64,000 nt of DNA from Chrysomallon squamiferum (GCA_012295275.1 CM022672.1:11966001-12030000), one strand, 5' to 3'; shown: positions 26,024 through 40,585, counted from the first letter of the stretch. Numbers and translations: made by a program. Notes: a model not told the origin generated them from the letters alone.

Positions 26024-26369
26024 GGTACACATGAAATATGTGCATGCATTTGCACAGCATCATAAAGCTCTAGTTACCAGCGAGCTCTAACAGCTGTTCA
26101 GTTGCAGGTTTAACAGCAGACAAAATCACAGACAAGAAGCCAGGTGCTGCACCACCCACATCTAACTTGAAAAACACACCAAGCATTCCGTATCATTAGT
26201 CCATTACAGTGACATCTCACAGTTGTACGACAATCACATGTCAGGTACAGGAGAATTTACTACCAAGAACTGTGCATTTAGAAAGCAACAAATTAAGTAG
26301 AAAAACAGACAGGGAAAGGGTAGTTTCTTGAAAATATAAAATAAAATGTTTTCTACCCCAGTTATAGCA

Positions 26370-26570
26370 TAGAGGCCTTGAATAACATATTCTTCCCTTA
26401 TGATACAAAGGCCTGGACAATGTTTAAAAATTATATTGTAAAGGCCTTGAATAACATGTTTTAACCCAGATAGAATAAAGGCCTTGAATAACATGTTTTA
26501 ACTCTGATGGAATAAAGGCCTTGATTAACATGTTTTAAAAATGACAAAGACCTGGATAATATGCTTGAAC
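26370..26570. repeat. 30-39-bp tandem repeat, about 6 units
   Basis: Recurrent aaggccttgaataacatgtttta. Confidence 0.85.
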
Positions 26571-27433
26571 CATGACAGTATCAGTTGCAAATGGTTGAAA
26601 TGAAAGCTGTCTTTGTTAGAAATAATAAACTCCATTCAAACAAACAGCAGGCAGTGACAACGTTAACAACAACAGCAAACAGTATATTTCATTTAACCAT
26701 CTCTCAGTCATTGTATGAAATCGTGTCGCATGTCCTAGCATTGGCAAAAGCCATCATGTTGCCAAAGGGAGTTGGAGGAGGGAATACAGTAATGAGATTT
26801 CTAGCAGAATCTAATTACGAGACCTACCAAACAGTTCTAATTGCATTCTGTGGCCATCTAATGCTTTTATGCTGTCTGTCATGTCAACTTTGGAAACGAC
26901 TCAAAATGACCGAATACCAAGCAAGAAATATGGATTTTTTTATTTGCTTCTTCTTCTTCTTTTTTCTTTCTTCACTCACTAAGTGCATTTTATATTGAAA
27001 ATAAAAACATGGGTGATTCTTAATTTCGAGGCAGAGTCACTAAAACACCTGTCACGGAATCTGAACAAATTTGTGCTGAAGTTTTCAATACGTCAGCTAA
27101 TTTTCCATGTGTTAGTAAGAAATACTCCAAGTGCAAAGTCACATCAAAGATGCAGTTCTGTTGATTTTTCTGTCAAGTCAGCAGAAATGTTGAGATCAAT
27201 GCATTTGATTACTTAATGCATTGGTTCCTCTCAGATGATGCCAAAGACCAGAAAAATCAAGTCAATAGTTGCCAGACCATCAAAGGAAGGAAAAAGCAGT
27301 GATGAAAAGAATTTATGTATTGCTGAATGAATGTTATTTTTTTTTTTTATATATATATATATATATATATTAAAAATTACAAATTGATCACTTTTGTGCA
27401 TGTTATTTTGTGGTGTACACAGAGAATTCTAGG

Positions 27434-27655
27434 GTGTGTGTGTGTATGATGTGTGTGTATATGTGTGTGTGTGTATGGTGTTTGCATATGTATTGTGTGT
27501 GTGTATGTGTGAGTGTGTGGTGTTTGTGTATGTGTGGGGTGTGTGGGGTGTGTGTATGAAGTGGGTATGTGTGTATATATGTGTTCATCTGAGTGTATAT
27601 AGTGTTGCTGTGTGTACAGTGTCTGTTTGTGTGTGTGTGTTTTGTTGTTGTTGTT
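27434..27655. repeat. Degenerate (TG)n tract
   Basis: Read directly. Confidence 0.9.
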
Positions 27656-29810
27656 TCTATATTTGTTTCTTTCATTTACAGTGAACTGATATAAATGTCT
27701 TCACTGAAGTTTAAATGAAAAATCTTCTATTAATAAATCAGCTTTAATCCTTTTTGGCCTAATGTCTTGAAATATATTAAAAAAAATAAATAAATAACAA
27801 ATAGCAGGTAAGATTTATTTTGTTGACACAAAAAAAAGTCTAATGAAACACAATAATCACTTTATTGCAATTTATAGAAATAGTAATGTTTTTCTTTCAG
27901 TAAGTTAATAAGAAGCATCATAAAGGGGTTATAAAGTTTTAACAAATCACAAATTGAAGAATTCCCCATAGACATTTTTTAACCTCCTCATCACTACTGT
28001 TGGGATCTTCATGTAACAGTGAGCATTTTAACTGTGGTAGAAGCAGACATTATCCACACATCATGCTATCCTGATAAAAAATTGATGCAATACACCAGAG
28101 ATTCTCATATATCTCAATATACTGTAATTATTAAGCTGTCACTATGGGTATTGCTGAAGTCAAAATTCTGCTGTCGATAAAGATATTCAAAAAGTTAAAT
28201 TATAATACAATAAACAATACCTAGGCATGATACTGGATTGATGAATCCATGATACAATACATCAGATATTCAGCTATACTTCAACGTATTATAATTATCA
28301 AACTATGAGTACATTCGTAACCTCTATTGCTGTCACTAAACATATTCAATAGATTAAATGTTTAGCTATGGTAAAAGTAGATAATGTTGTCTTGGAATGG
28401 TACTGGACCAATGAACTCTTTTTATAACTCAATGCATTGTAATTATTAAAATGTCTACTAAGGGAAGTCAATAAAGGTATTCAAGAAATTCAATTTTAAC
28501 TACGGTAAATGTTGAGGATATCTAGCCATTGTTCTGGATCAGTGAAAAGGTGACAAAAACACCAGAGATTATTATTACTACTAATAATGTAGGCATAGGG
28601 AAATCTAAAACTGTGACAGTAACAGCAGCTTCCTTATTCATTCATCAGTATGGTTAACTGTTAATAACTGCTGTTTTCAGGTCAAATCTACTGAAAGCAG
28701 AGAACAAAATGTGTATATTGAGCTGGTCAACCAAAAGATCATTAGCTGACCTAAGTCACCAGTGAGTAATTCTGCTCTATGTCAAGTAATTTTCTTCCAT
28801 GTCAAGAGGGGAATGATATTTCACTGAAGATGTTCTATGAAAAAGATGAAATGAAGAAATATTATGAGAAAAACAATATTAGAAATGATTCCGCAGAGAC
28901 AGGAAGCAAAACTGACTGATATTTAGCGTGCGATTGTGCTGAGTGGATTGAGTAGGAAGTGGACTCATTGAGTCAAGGTTTAATGGAGTAGACACCCAAC
29001 ACTTGGATAGATGTCAGTATTACATGTCTCAGTCCACGAAGTCTTTAAGCCACTGCATTCTAATCAAAACTCCTTTTAAAACTCACACTTGTCTGCAGTT
29101 TTAGATGAACAGTAAGAAGAAGAAGAAGAAGAATCAATCAAAGAAGAATAATTCACAGAAAAGAAAAAAAGATGGAAGACAAAGAGAGAAAAATGTCATT
29201 ATTTTTCATCTCAATATTCTGAGTATATATTTTAACAAAGAGAGGGTTTTTGCTGTTTTTTGAGGGTTTTTTCCCTGATAGTTTTTGACTTTTTATTACA
29301 TAGAGTATTTTAAGTATGTCAGTAATCTAGACTTTTACAGACAGATTAATTTTATATTCTTCTGCATGCAAGAATATTAAAATATTTATTATTAAATTGA
29401 AATATATGATGTAGAAAAAAATAATAAAATAAAAATAAAAATGACAAAATAAAAATAAAATGAAACGAAATAAAATAAATTACTTGTAAATCAAATCAAA
29501 ATAATAACACAAACCTAGAGCAAATAAAATAAGACAAAAACAAAATTAAATGAAATCGAAATCAAAAACCACCAAGAGGTACCAAACTGTTTGCAATGTA
29601 CATCAACAAATACATCATTCCATTCTTTTCTTTTTTTTCCCCAAACTGTTTTTTTTTTTCAGAACATCTGAGGTGGAAATAATACAATGGATTATTAAGA
29701 ACATTCTTCAAAAACCTGGTTAACAAGCCATGCTCATTTCATCAGACATCTATCTCCGGCCCCTGCATCATTTTCTCACAGAACCATCCATGAAAGTATA
29801 TTAGATTTAC

Positions 29811-30003
29811 CAAATATAGATGCTGTTAGAGCCTTCAACGAGGAGGCATGCACCCGATGTGACAGCTCGGAGAGGAGAAGCAATGAAGTTTATGGAAAGT
29901 ATTACAGCAATCTGATAGGATCTTAATTCCAGCACTTCACTTGTCTCATCTGACTTGGATGTACGTCCACCATTTTGAACCCACTCATGTAACATGCATC
30001 CGT
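29811..30003 (-). other. Candidate 193-nt exon (coding status unknown)
   Basis: Minus strand: ttctgatttgcAG acceptor (30005-30004), tg|GTAAAT donor (29810-29809); one frame open throughout (GCMLHEWVQNGG...SNSIYI). Confidence 0.25.
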
Positions 30004-33000
30004 CTGCAAATCAGAACTGACAATTCTTCGATGAACACAGAGATAGAATGCTAAGTTTGGGATATTTTTTAACATATATTTTTGTTGTTTTTTTTAAATT
30101 TTGTTATTGTTATTCTTTTTGCTTTCTTTTTTTTTTTTCATGAAGGTGATGTTATAACCTTGTTTATTTTTAGTTGTGTTAGACAGTTTACATTTAACAT
30201 GGTTTTATTTTTTTTTTTTTTTTAAATGAATGAAAATTAATGTGTGACAGTCATATTCACAGTTTTTCAGTTAACATTAATGTTGTCACTTTTATTATTA
30301 TTATTGTTATTATTAATATTAATCAATTTAAAATCTATTTTCACCTTTCAAAAAGATATCATTAGACCATTCCTGGGAAATGTTTTAGCAATGACATTAA
30401 TAAGAAAAAATCAGTTAGTTTCACTAAAAGTATATCAATAATTATAGCAAAAAAAAATTATGAAAATAAAAGAAATTAAAAAATCTTAAAATGATATATT
30501 ATTTTAATTTCTCTTTATACTTTTAATTTTTACCATCTACTTAGTATATATAGCCAAACATATCACAATCTTCCAGAATAATTTGCAATGTTTTAATTGC
30601 TTTTCAAAAAAGAAAGAATTTATAAACAATTAACCAAATTAAATCATAAAATTAAATAATACACAACAATTCAGAATACATTTTATTTTTCAATAATTTA
30701 TTTTCTTATTTAAATATTTCACAGTAGACATAATTAAACTTACTATCATGTAATGCTGTTCAAAACAACAGGGTAATGTTTTAAAAAAAAAATAACAATA
30801 ATAATAAATAAATAAACAAACAAACAAACAAAGTATTTATTAATAACTGACATAAAAATAAATTATCAATTTAATAAGAATTTTTAAGTTAGGAATTATA
30901 ATACCACAACAGACAATGCTTCATTTTCTTTTCTTTTCACTTTTGCTGTATTTCCCATCTACTTAGTAGATTATAATTAAACTTTGCAGTCATTGTGTCA
31001 GCTTGTCGGAAATGAGAAAGACATTGATTACATGACGTCTGTGACAGAGGTCTATCCATTGGCTACTTCTTACCCCTGATTTAACCGACACCAGACTTAA
31101 TTACTTTCACTGAAAAAGATGTCTGCCTGATTGGACACGCTTATGACCAGAAGAGAATGTGTTGATGCATCCTGTTTCAGAAGGCAATGGCCTTGATTCT
31201 GAAGCAATAGGATGTAACTTCGTTTTACTGCAATACTCTAACTTAGAGGATTGAAACTTCAAAGTTATTTTGTTAGTTAAACAGTTTATGAAGAACTCTG
31301 GTCATTTTTTTAGCAAATGTTATTGGTCTTAAATTTGATTCAGTTCTTCAAGTCCTCATGGTTATGGCCAATGTTCTTCTTCTTCAACTTTAAAAAAAAA
31401 AAAAAATGTTTAACTTAACTGATGAAATAGTAATATAATGCTTTCAAAGCAGAAACTGACTCAGTGTTGTTGAAGACACACTAGCTTGGCACATCCAGAT
31501 CTGAATGCACTATTTACATAATGGTTATTGCATACTAGTTTAACAACATTTGAAAACACAATCTGCATCACAGCAGAACAATTTGCATAATAGTTCTTCT
31601 ATTTGTAGAATTAAAGGTGATAATGTAGAAAGTTCTTTCATTTCTAAAAATTCATTTGAAATAAGAAAATATAAAGGCTTTTTACACAAAGATCAATTAA
31701 TTTCTCTTTTTTCTTCTTCTTTATTTTTTATTTTTTTATTTTTTTTTTTTTTTGTTGGTGTTATTTACACTTAAGAATCATGGTAAAATTTGATGATACC
31801 AGGTGTAATACTGGACTTATGAAAATGTGTTATTGTGTACCAGAGATTCTGCTGTATGTCAGTATATTATATATGAACACTGAAGCATTCAAGGTAACAA
31901 CATGGGGAGAAAGGATGGTGATTACTACAGAAGTCAGACAACAAAATATAAATTTGTTTATAAATTGATTACTTCCATGCCAAGGTCACATCAGAATTAC
32001 AGCACACACACACACACACACACATACACAATGCTTTGACACCAAGTGTATGGTTGGTTAGTTCTCAGATTGAGTAGTGTAATTTACTCCCTAGTTAGTA
32101 AGCAACAGAACAGTAACAGCATGTGTAAAATAACCTGTCCAGATTACTAGTTAACTGAAATTACAGGACATCTGGCATGACGTTTCTCTCACATTTAATA
32201 CTAATGTATCCTGATTAATGGTCTTCACTGGCATAATATTTCACAATGCGAGTGTAACAGGCTTAATGGTATATTAATTATAGTCTGAATGTCTTCAGCT
32301 ATCATCTTGTGAACTAATGTCTTCAAAAACCAAAAAAGATCTGGGATTTGTTTTCAAGTAGTTTTTTTGTTGTACTTGTCATTATTGTTGCTGCTACGAT
32401 TTTCAATACCTGTGTATTTGTTCTACTTTTATTATTATTATTATTTTTATTTATTATTTATTTATATTATTTTATTTTTTTTAATTATTTAAATTATTTT
32501 AATTATTTTCTTTGTATTAAGAAATATAATGCAGTTTATAATGAAATTATGAGAGTAGCTTGAAAAAAAAAATGTTTAATTTAAAACAAGCAAAGAGGTT
32601 TCACATAAATATTTTGCTAATGCTGTTAAGAAAAAACAATTAGTGTAACACAAGATCTGTCCCGTCACAGATGGTCAAATCCTCTTACAGTTATCAAACA
32701 CCAGGATATTAAAGCATTGCTCTAACAAGAAGTGACAGTGATGCCAGTAAATATTGTATTCACACCATTGTGAGGGCATTAAAGCAAGAATTAGGACTCT
32801 TCGCTAGCCAGTGTCCACACAATGACCAGTCATTAGATATTGATTTTCAACAACTGTGCTTCCTTTAAGAATGACCAGCGGTCAATCCTAGGCTTATGGG
32901 ATGAAACCAAAGTGTTTGTGAATAGTGATAGGCCTGCTGGGCAGGATGTCTGGTTGGAGGACAATGCTAATTGGGAATCTCTCAGATTTTCTGCCTGAAA

Positions 33001-36000
33001 AGGTTGTTGGATTATAAAATTTACTGGAGATTTTATATAAATATCCACAGCTTAGGAATCGGACTCAAGTGCCAGGACAATCAGTTTTTGCACAGAAAGA
33101 AATGCTTGGTTAATAACATCTCAGTGCAATGCTTAATCGACCATCCTGTACAAAAACTCATTTAATGTTATGGTTAAATATATTTTTATAATATAATTTG
33201 GTATTAAAAGAAATATCTGTATCAAAACACAGTTAACTACAAATAATACATTGATGAAGAAAAAAAACAAAAAGAAAGAAAAGTAAACACATGCATGCAC
33301 ATAGGCATGACTCACACTTGCACACATGCACACGCAGACACTCACAAACATTATTTTCTTTAACAATGAACAACATGGCAACATGTAAGAAATATAGATG
33401 AAAAAAAAAGGAAAAACAATTCTTGGCTTTAAATTCATTATTCCTTTAATTATTTTGACAATGAAGAAGACAATGCAATTATTTCGATGCACAGACAAAG
33501 TCAAAATTAGGACCACTACAGCAGTTTCAAACTGTAGTTTCAAAAGGTTAATTATTATTAAATACAGAACATGTGGTTTTTGTATAACAATAAAATCAAA
33601 AAGGAAACATGCTGCTGTCAATTTCTTGATCTATTCTTACCAGTTAGCAACAAGAAATCATTACACACACCTCCCCATGAACAGAACAAAAAAAATACAG
33701 AACCATTTAGAAACTTATTGTGGGGCACTATATGAAATGAACAAACTAGTCACACTGACGAAGGTTTGAGCCTGCTATCTGTCATGCCTCAAGACTTATA
33801 AAAGCAAGTCTTAAATCTGCCTTTACACAAACTGGATATTTATAAACTGATTTATTCTGCTAAGACTGGGTGCACGACGAGTGATAACATTGGGAAATTT
33901 CAAGCCAATTAGTGACTACAGAGCGCAAATGCAATACATCAGGTAATTTGCTCAAAACACATGTCTATAAAGCATCCACACTTCCCCATACATTATTTGT
34001 CTGTACTGACTGCCCAGTTATAAAACCAGGTTTCCTAAACACATTCATTTTCCCTGCCACGTCTTTTCTTTTTTTTTTTTTTTTTTTTATTTCTTATTTG
34101 TTTATTGAATTCTTATCAAAGAGCCATGGAGGAATCGTTTTGAGTTCATTGCAGATCATTAGTTAGTGAAAGAAATAAACCATACTGGAAATCTCACTGC
34201 AGTTACCACTTTTTAAACTATCTATCTGCCATCTTTGCAAAATGTAGTCAAAGATTTCTTTTATTTAACAACAACAGAAAGATTCATTAGCTGCCAGTAA
34301 TAGAAGTTGGACAAGATAGTTTTTTTTATTTCTCAAATATACTCTTAAAAAAATACAACCAGGCTGTTTGATAATCAGTAATGAGGTATTATCTGGAATG
34401 GGAAAAAAACATGCTGTGGGTGAATAAAAGATTTAGGTATATATTCAGATACACAGATTCTAGTAAACAGGATGGAATGGTTGGAAATACCTAAACTGTA
34501 ATTCTCTGCATTTGTCAAAACACAGTACCAACCAATACAGACAAAAACATCCAACAAAACCAATCTTTACTTAGTCTCATACTAATAAAGCTGGAAAGAG
34601 GGTACTAAAATCAAGTTAGCAGACATTAGACAAAAAAAACTGTCCAGGAACTAAAACAACAGTCATTAAATTAGAAACTTTCAAAAATGACATTAGTGAA
34701 GACGAGAAACTATACTGCAATTAAAATCAGTAGATGAATGGGTTTCCATGTCCAGCAGCTCTGTATTTATGTCATCAAATTACATTAACATCACAAGTCT
34801 TTATTTTTATGCCACTTTCAAATGTACTCAGTCTTTGATTGTGAGCTGGTAAAATTTCTTATTACTTTTTAACTCATCTGTGAAAAAAAAAAAAAAAAAA
34901 AAACATGGGAGTAAAAGATTCTGTCAAAGTGGCAATCAGAAAACAAGTCCATTCTAAAAAAAAATAAAAGGATTTGAAAGTCTACTTGAAATGATTGTCA
35001 AGCCATGCCATGTTTTTCTTGGCATATGCAATGAACAAATGCAAATGGAAGAAATATGTTCTGAGAAAGATAAAAAAACCTCTTCAGCTGTAAGAATGGA
35101 CAAGACTTCTGAAAAGGAAAAGATATTAAAATTGATTTAAAGTAACAAGCCTGTCCATTTCAATTAAATGAAATGATCGGAATGAACAGTAAACCAACAT
35201 TAAAAAAAAAAAATTAAAAACTAAAAATAATTTGAAAGATTCCAGCCATATTGACATTACATCTCTATTGACAGGACATCAGGAAGCTATATTTTTAAAA
35301 ACTTCAAAAAACTGTTATCTAGTGTTAAACTTTATAAAAATTGTGTATGATCAGTTGTTTCTGAAATGTTTCTAGAATTTGGAATTAGAAAATAAAACAA
35401 AAAATATAATAAAATTTAAAAAACATTATATAATAATAATAATAATAATAATAAATACATTAATTTATTAATTAATTTTGAAATATAGAATGTAAGATTT
35501 GTATGTATAAATATATAGAAATATATAAAACCTATTTAAAACATTACTTAAAACATTTTATTGTGTCATTTGTTCAAAAAAGATACAAAAGAGAATTTCG
35601 TTATAATCTTTTATTTCTTTTTTTTTCAATATGTTTATTTCTGTTTTTTTATTTCATTTTATTATTTTATTTTTCCTCATTTCATAAATATTTTTGATGA
35701 TGTTTATATTATTAATTTCTTTTCTTAATATTACTAATTTTTTGTTGTCATTAAAACTCATGTACAAAAATGTCTTTAGCTACTGGATTAAAAACTGATA
35801 ACCAAATTTAATTTAAAACAAATAAATAAACTGTATTTATTTATTTGTTATTTGAAAGCTTTTTATTATTGTTCATGATCTTGTTGTAATTAAACTCTGT
35901 AACAAATTTTAAATGTCCTTTTGTTCAAGTAATTTGTATCAAAATGAGTTACATAATTTTTTTGTGTTTTTAAGTTTTTTTTGTTGTTTTTTTAAACATT

Positions 36001-36738
36001 ATCCTTTAAAATATTTTAAATTGAAAATAATACCAAAAACAGTATTTAAGTGCATGTTCAATTAATATTAATGTCAAGAAAATCATTAAAAACAAAACAA
36101 AAAATAAAGGTAATAAAATGTAAATGTATTTTCTAGTGGAAATCTTTGATTCCCATAGGTATAACATTACAAATGATAAATAAACTTATGAATTTACAAA
36201 AAACTACACTAATATGTCACACTTTAAAAATCTGTTTCAATATTTTAACTGTTATTTATGCATTTATTTTTCTCCTCACAAATTAAAAAAAAAAAAAATT
36301 TGAATGACTTTTTATTATAATTATTATTAACATTATTTCTTTTTATAAATAAAATTGACAATACTTAAAACAAAATGAAAAAAAAAAAAAAAACAAACCT
36401 AGAAAACAAAAACGAACAGTGATTACAGCTTATCCACAATAAAGAATATAACACATTTTACTCACAAAATGATAATAAATGAGTAATGCTATCTTTACCT
36501 ACCCACTGAATAATGGACAAAATTACTGTGATAAATGTTTTTCACATTCTGATATGAATCTCTTACAATCAGCAGGTTGTAATACGAATTCATCTTTTAT
36601 TTATTTATTTCTTTTTTGTTTTACCAGATCATTTTATATTCATTTGCAATGTATCTCTTTTTTTGTCTCTCCAAACATTGTGTGTATGTGAGGGTAAAAT
36701 TATGTTATTGTATTTGATATGTTGTAATTTATTTAACA

Positions 36739-36945
36739 TGTGACAAAATATCTCTTTTTTACTGAGACTAAATATCTAATAGTTTTCACTGTATGATAAA
36801 GTATTTCTCTTTTTTAACTGTGACAAAATATCTCTTTTTTACTGAGACTAAATATCTAATAGTTTTCACTGTATGATAAAGTATTTAACTGTGAAAAATT
36901 TCTCTTTTTACTGAGACTAAATATTTACTGTATGATAAAGTGCTG
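36739..36945. repeat. 80-bp tandem repeat, about 2.6 copies
   Basis: tgtgacaaaatatctcttttttactgagactaaatatctaatag.. at 36739 and 36819, plus a third copy with deletions at about 36890. Confidence 0.93.
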
Positions 36946-37469
36946 TGACTAAATTTTTTCATTTATTTTATGCATTTTTTCATTTATTTATTCATTATTA
37001 TTTTTTTTTTATTATTATTATTATTATTTTAAATCATTGCTAATGGGCAGAAATTAATCTTTAATTTTATTTCCAAGTTTTAACATGTTTGTTAAAACAC
37101 ACTGCTATGCTTTATGCCTTGGACATTCACTGTTATGGTTATCTGCCTAAGACTCAGAGTTCTTATACCTGGACTGTAACATCAGTGTGAAAGGACACAA
37201 GATTATTATTGATCTCACACCTCACTGTTCAGCACTAAGTGAATATATAATCTGGATTCAGTCCATGCAATCTTGGCTGTAGAACAATAACTAAAACCAG
37301 GGTCATGAAGCATGACCATGTGTTGTAGCAACAAGCGATATTGTTTTCATCAACACTGTGACATCATTAATACCTTTAGTGACCACTTCATCTGTAACAG
37401 CTTTGACTTTCCTTGTACCTGAAGTGACATCTTCAGCTGTCACAGTATGTTGAATTACAACAGAATCTC

Positions 37470-38525
37470 AACAACAACCATCATTATATTTCATGACCTA
37501 ACATTGCTGTTCTGGTAAACAATTACCACTGACTCCAACTCCAGTAACAACAACATCGTCTTTTTTAATGATCTGACATTGTTGATCCTGAAAATAATTA
37601 TCATCTACACAAACTCCAGGGGAAATACAATTACAAAGTCACCTTTTACAATGATCTTACATTACTGTTCCAGTAAACAACTTGAACCTACATTAGCTCC
37701 AGTAACAACAACAGCAACATCAACAACAACCATCATTTTTTTAAACTAACATCAGTATCAACCCTGGCAATATCATCATTTTTTTCAGTGATCTAACATA
37801 ACATAGACATTAACATCAACATCAACATCAACATCAATGATAACCATCATTTTTTTTCTATGACATAACATTGCCATTCCTATAAACAGCAGCTACCAAC
37901 ATCAAACATCATCATTTTTCTATGATCTAACATTATCATTCCTGTAAACAACAACTACCAACATCAACACCATCAACATCAACCATTGTCATTTTTCTGA
38001 TCTTACATTACCATTCCAATAAACATCAGCCAACAACATCAACACCGTCAACATCAAACATCATCATTTTTCTATGATCTTACATTATCATTCCAATAAA
38101 CATCAGCCAACAACATCAACCATCATCATTTTTCTATGATCTTACATTACCATTCCAGCAACTGCCAACATCAACACCATCAGCATCAACCATCATCTTT
38201 TTTCCATGATCCAACATTACCATTCCAATAAACATCAGCCAACAACATCAACACCACCAATATCAACAATCATCATTTTTCTATAATCTTACATTACCAT
38301 TCCAGCAACTGCCAACATCAACACCATCAGCATCAACCATCATCTTTTTTCTATGATCCAACATTACCATTCCAATAAACATCAGCCAACAACATCAACA
38401 CCACCAATATCAACAATCATCATTTTTCTATGATCTTACATTACCATTCCAGCAACTGCCAACATCAACACCATCAGCATCAACCATCATCTTTTTTCTA
38501 TGATCCAACATTACCGTTCCAATAA
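37470..38525. repeat. Minisatellite with ~70-77-bp monomers forming a 147-bp higher-order dimer at the right end
   Basis: cttacattaccattccagcaactgcc at 38141, 38288 and 38435 alternates with ccaacattaccattccaataaacatcagcc; increasingly degenerate leftwards. Confidence 0.95.
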
Positions 38526-39254
38526 CCAAAAAAAGTACTCACTACCCACTGAACCATGTACAAAGAGGAAAGATTTAGAGGCCAAAGATTCACCAGCATT
38601 ATTACAGTTGGCAATCTTGCAAGACAAACGTCAGTGATAAATGTGTGATAAAAATGATGTTTCTTCATTAGTTTCTGACATAAACAATATTTAAGTCCTG
38701 AGCAAGCAGACAAGCCAAATAAATAAAATTAATATGCCAGATTTCTTCTCTCTTTTTTTTTGTAGCTGCAGGCCATGAAGCATGTGTGTCAATGGTAACT
38801 GCATGTTACAACATCGTAAACAAGGAATGAAGTAACTAATGAATAGATAAATATTCTGGTTGACAAATATTTACTGGGAAAGGTGCACAACCTCCTCATA
38901 AACACACACAAACAAACAAACACACAGTCAGAGAAATAATGCAGATGCAGAGAAAGGAAGGGCATCTTTTTTTCTTTTTTGTTTTTCTTTTTTCAGACAG
39001 ACATTTTGAAATTTTGGAATTTTTGTTAAAGAACAGATAATTAATATTTTTTTACAAATTAAATATGAATTAATGAATTAACAAATCATGCAAGAAATAT
39101 AAATTAAAAACTGAAAAAAATGAAAACCATTAATTTATAAAGTTTAAATAAATAAATTTAAAAAAAGAGAAGCATGTAATGGGAAAACAGAAAAGAGTAA
39201 TTTACTTAGTTCCCACAAAAGAACAGTCAGAAAATGATTTCTGAATGTCTGACC

Positions 39255-39400
39255 ACTTTCACGTGACATTTGACTTCCGTGACGAATCCCCAATAACACA
39301 GGCCAATTATCATAACCGTACGAGCTTCGAAACTTTAATTTGCCACTTGGCAATATGACATATTGTTATATCTTCTGCTCGACAAAAGTGACGCACAAAT
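39255..39400. promoter_or_regulatory. CpG-retaining island with TCACGTGAC E-box and TTGCCA-CT-TGGCAA palindrome
   Basis: About 8 CpG in 140 bp (hand count); TCACGTGAC 39259-39267; palindrome 39340-39353. Confidence 0.4.
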
Positions 39401-40239
39401 AAGGGTCATTTTGGAAAAAATTCTGTTTAAAACAATTTTAATTGAAAACCAGCTCCTGGGAAGCAGTGGAGTAACTGTGTCTGAGTATCTGTGTCAGGAC
39501 TTACACAGAGGTGTTGAAATGTAATGGCTTGTAATGACTTGGCCTGTCATATTGCATGCAATTATCAGTAAATTAGTGTACAGGTCAGTGTGGGTTATTT
39601 TTTTCACTGGTCAATGGCCTGTATAGTATGTAGGATAAAATGAGTTACGAAAATTTAAAATAAAATTTAAAAAAAAATAAATAAAAAAAAAAATTTCAGA
39701 AATGTTTTTCAGATAAATAAAAATGTTTAACATATGTAAAAAAAAAAAAAAACAAGTTCTAAAATATTTTAATATATATATAAAAAATAGTCCTAAAGAC
39801 CTTTCTGATAATTTTTTTTTTAAATGTTCTGAAATGTTTTTGAGACAATTTTTCAGAAATATTTTAAATGTGTAACCTTTTAATATAAACTAAATATTAT
39901 CCACAGTCAAATTTGGATAAAATACCAAAAAAAAAAAAAAAAAAAATCTGTTTAGAATATAAAAATAAAAAGTGAGCCAACAAAATAAGTAAATAAAATA
40001 CTAAAAAAAAATAATAAATAATTTTTTTCTTTTTTAAATTAAACTGACAACACAAATAATAATTTGAAAAAAAACACCAATGATTACTGACAACTGAGTC
40101 ACATAGGTATCGCATTAAAAGTGTATTTCCATCCCAGAACTGTTCTCTGCATGATACAACAAGAGAGCTTTCTGGCCAAAAACACCACCGCCAATTAAAA
40201 AAGTGAATCCATCTCTGTTAAATGTGATTTTTCCATTTG

Positions 40240-40585
40240 ATGAAGAGGGGAACACGACTCTGTCAGCTGGTACAGCCAGCGATGGAGACTAGCTGGCGCT
40301 TACAGAACTTTTCAGCCTCATTGCACACGAGAGCTCCACAGTCGCCTTCTCCGTTTTCCACAGGCCAGTTGAATTTAAGATGTAATACACAGACCCAAGG
40401 TCCATCAAGGTGTGCCCCTGTCTATCGAGATCTATCAATTTTTATGAAACTGAGATTTCCGTCTAAGCGCCTTTTGTACACACTGATGAGAGATGTGGTC
40501 TAAATTTAGTGTGGAGAGCCGAAGGTGCAATTAATATTGCTAGCAATCAAATGATTTCGGAAAGCTTTATGGCATCACCGAAAAG
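40240..40585. promoter_or_regulatory. CpG-retaining, GC-richer island
   Basis: About 12 CpG in 330 bp (hand count) against a depleted background; attgctagcaat palindrome near 40536. Confidence 0.35.

Noticed and set aside
32645-32785. Possible decayed non-autonomous Helitron/Helentron-like element ending in a short hairpin
   Set aside because: Only a vague resemblance from memory, with no second copy in the window.
37860-38525. Array with apparent variable spacers
   Set aside because: The 'spacers' are recurring CAA/CAT-rich variants of the monomer, not unique sequences.
40237-40503. 88-aa ORF over a CpG-retaining island
   Set aside because: No domain or convincing splice boundaries; explained by higher GC.
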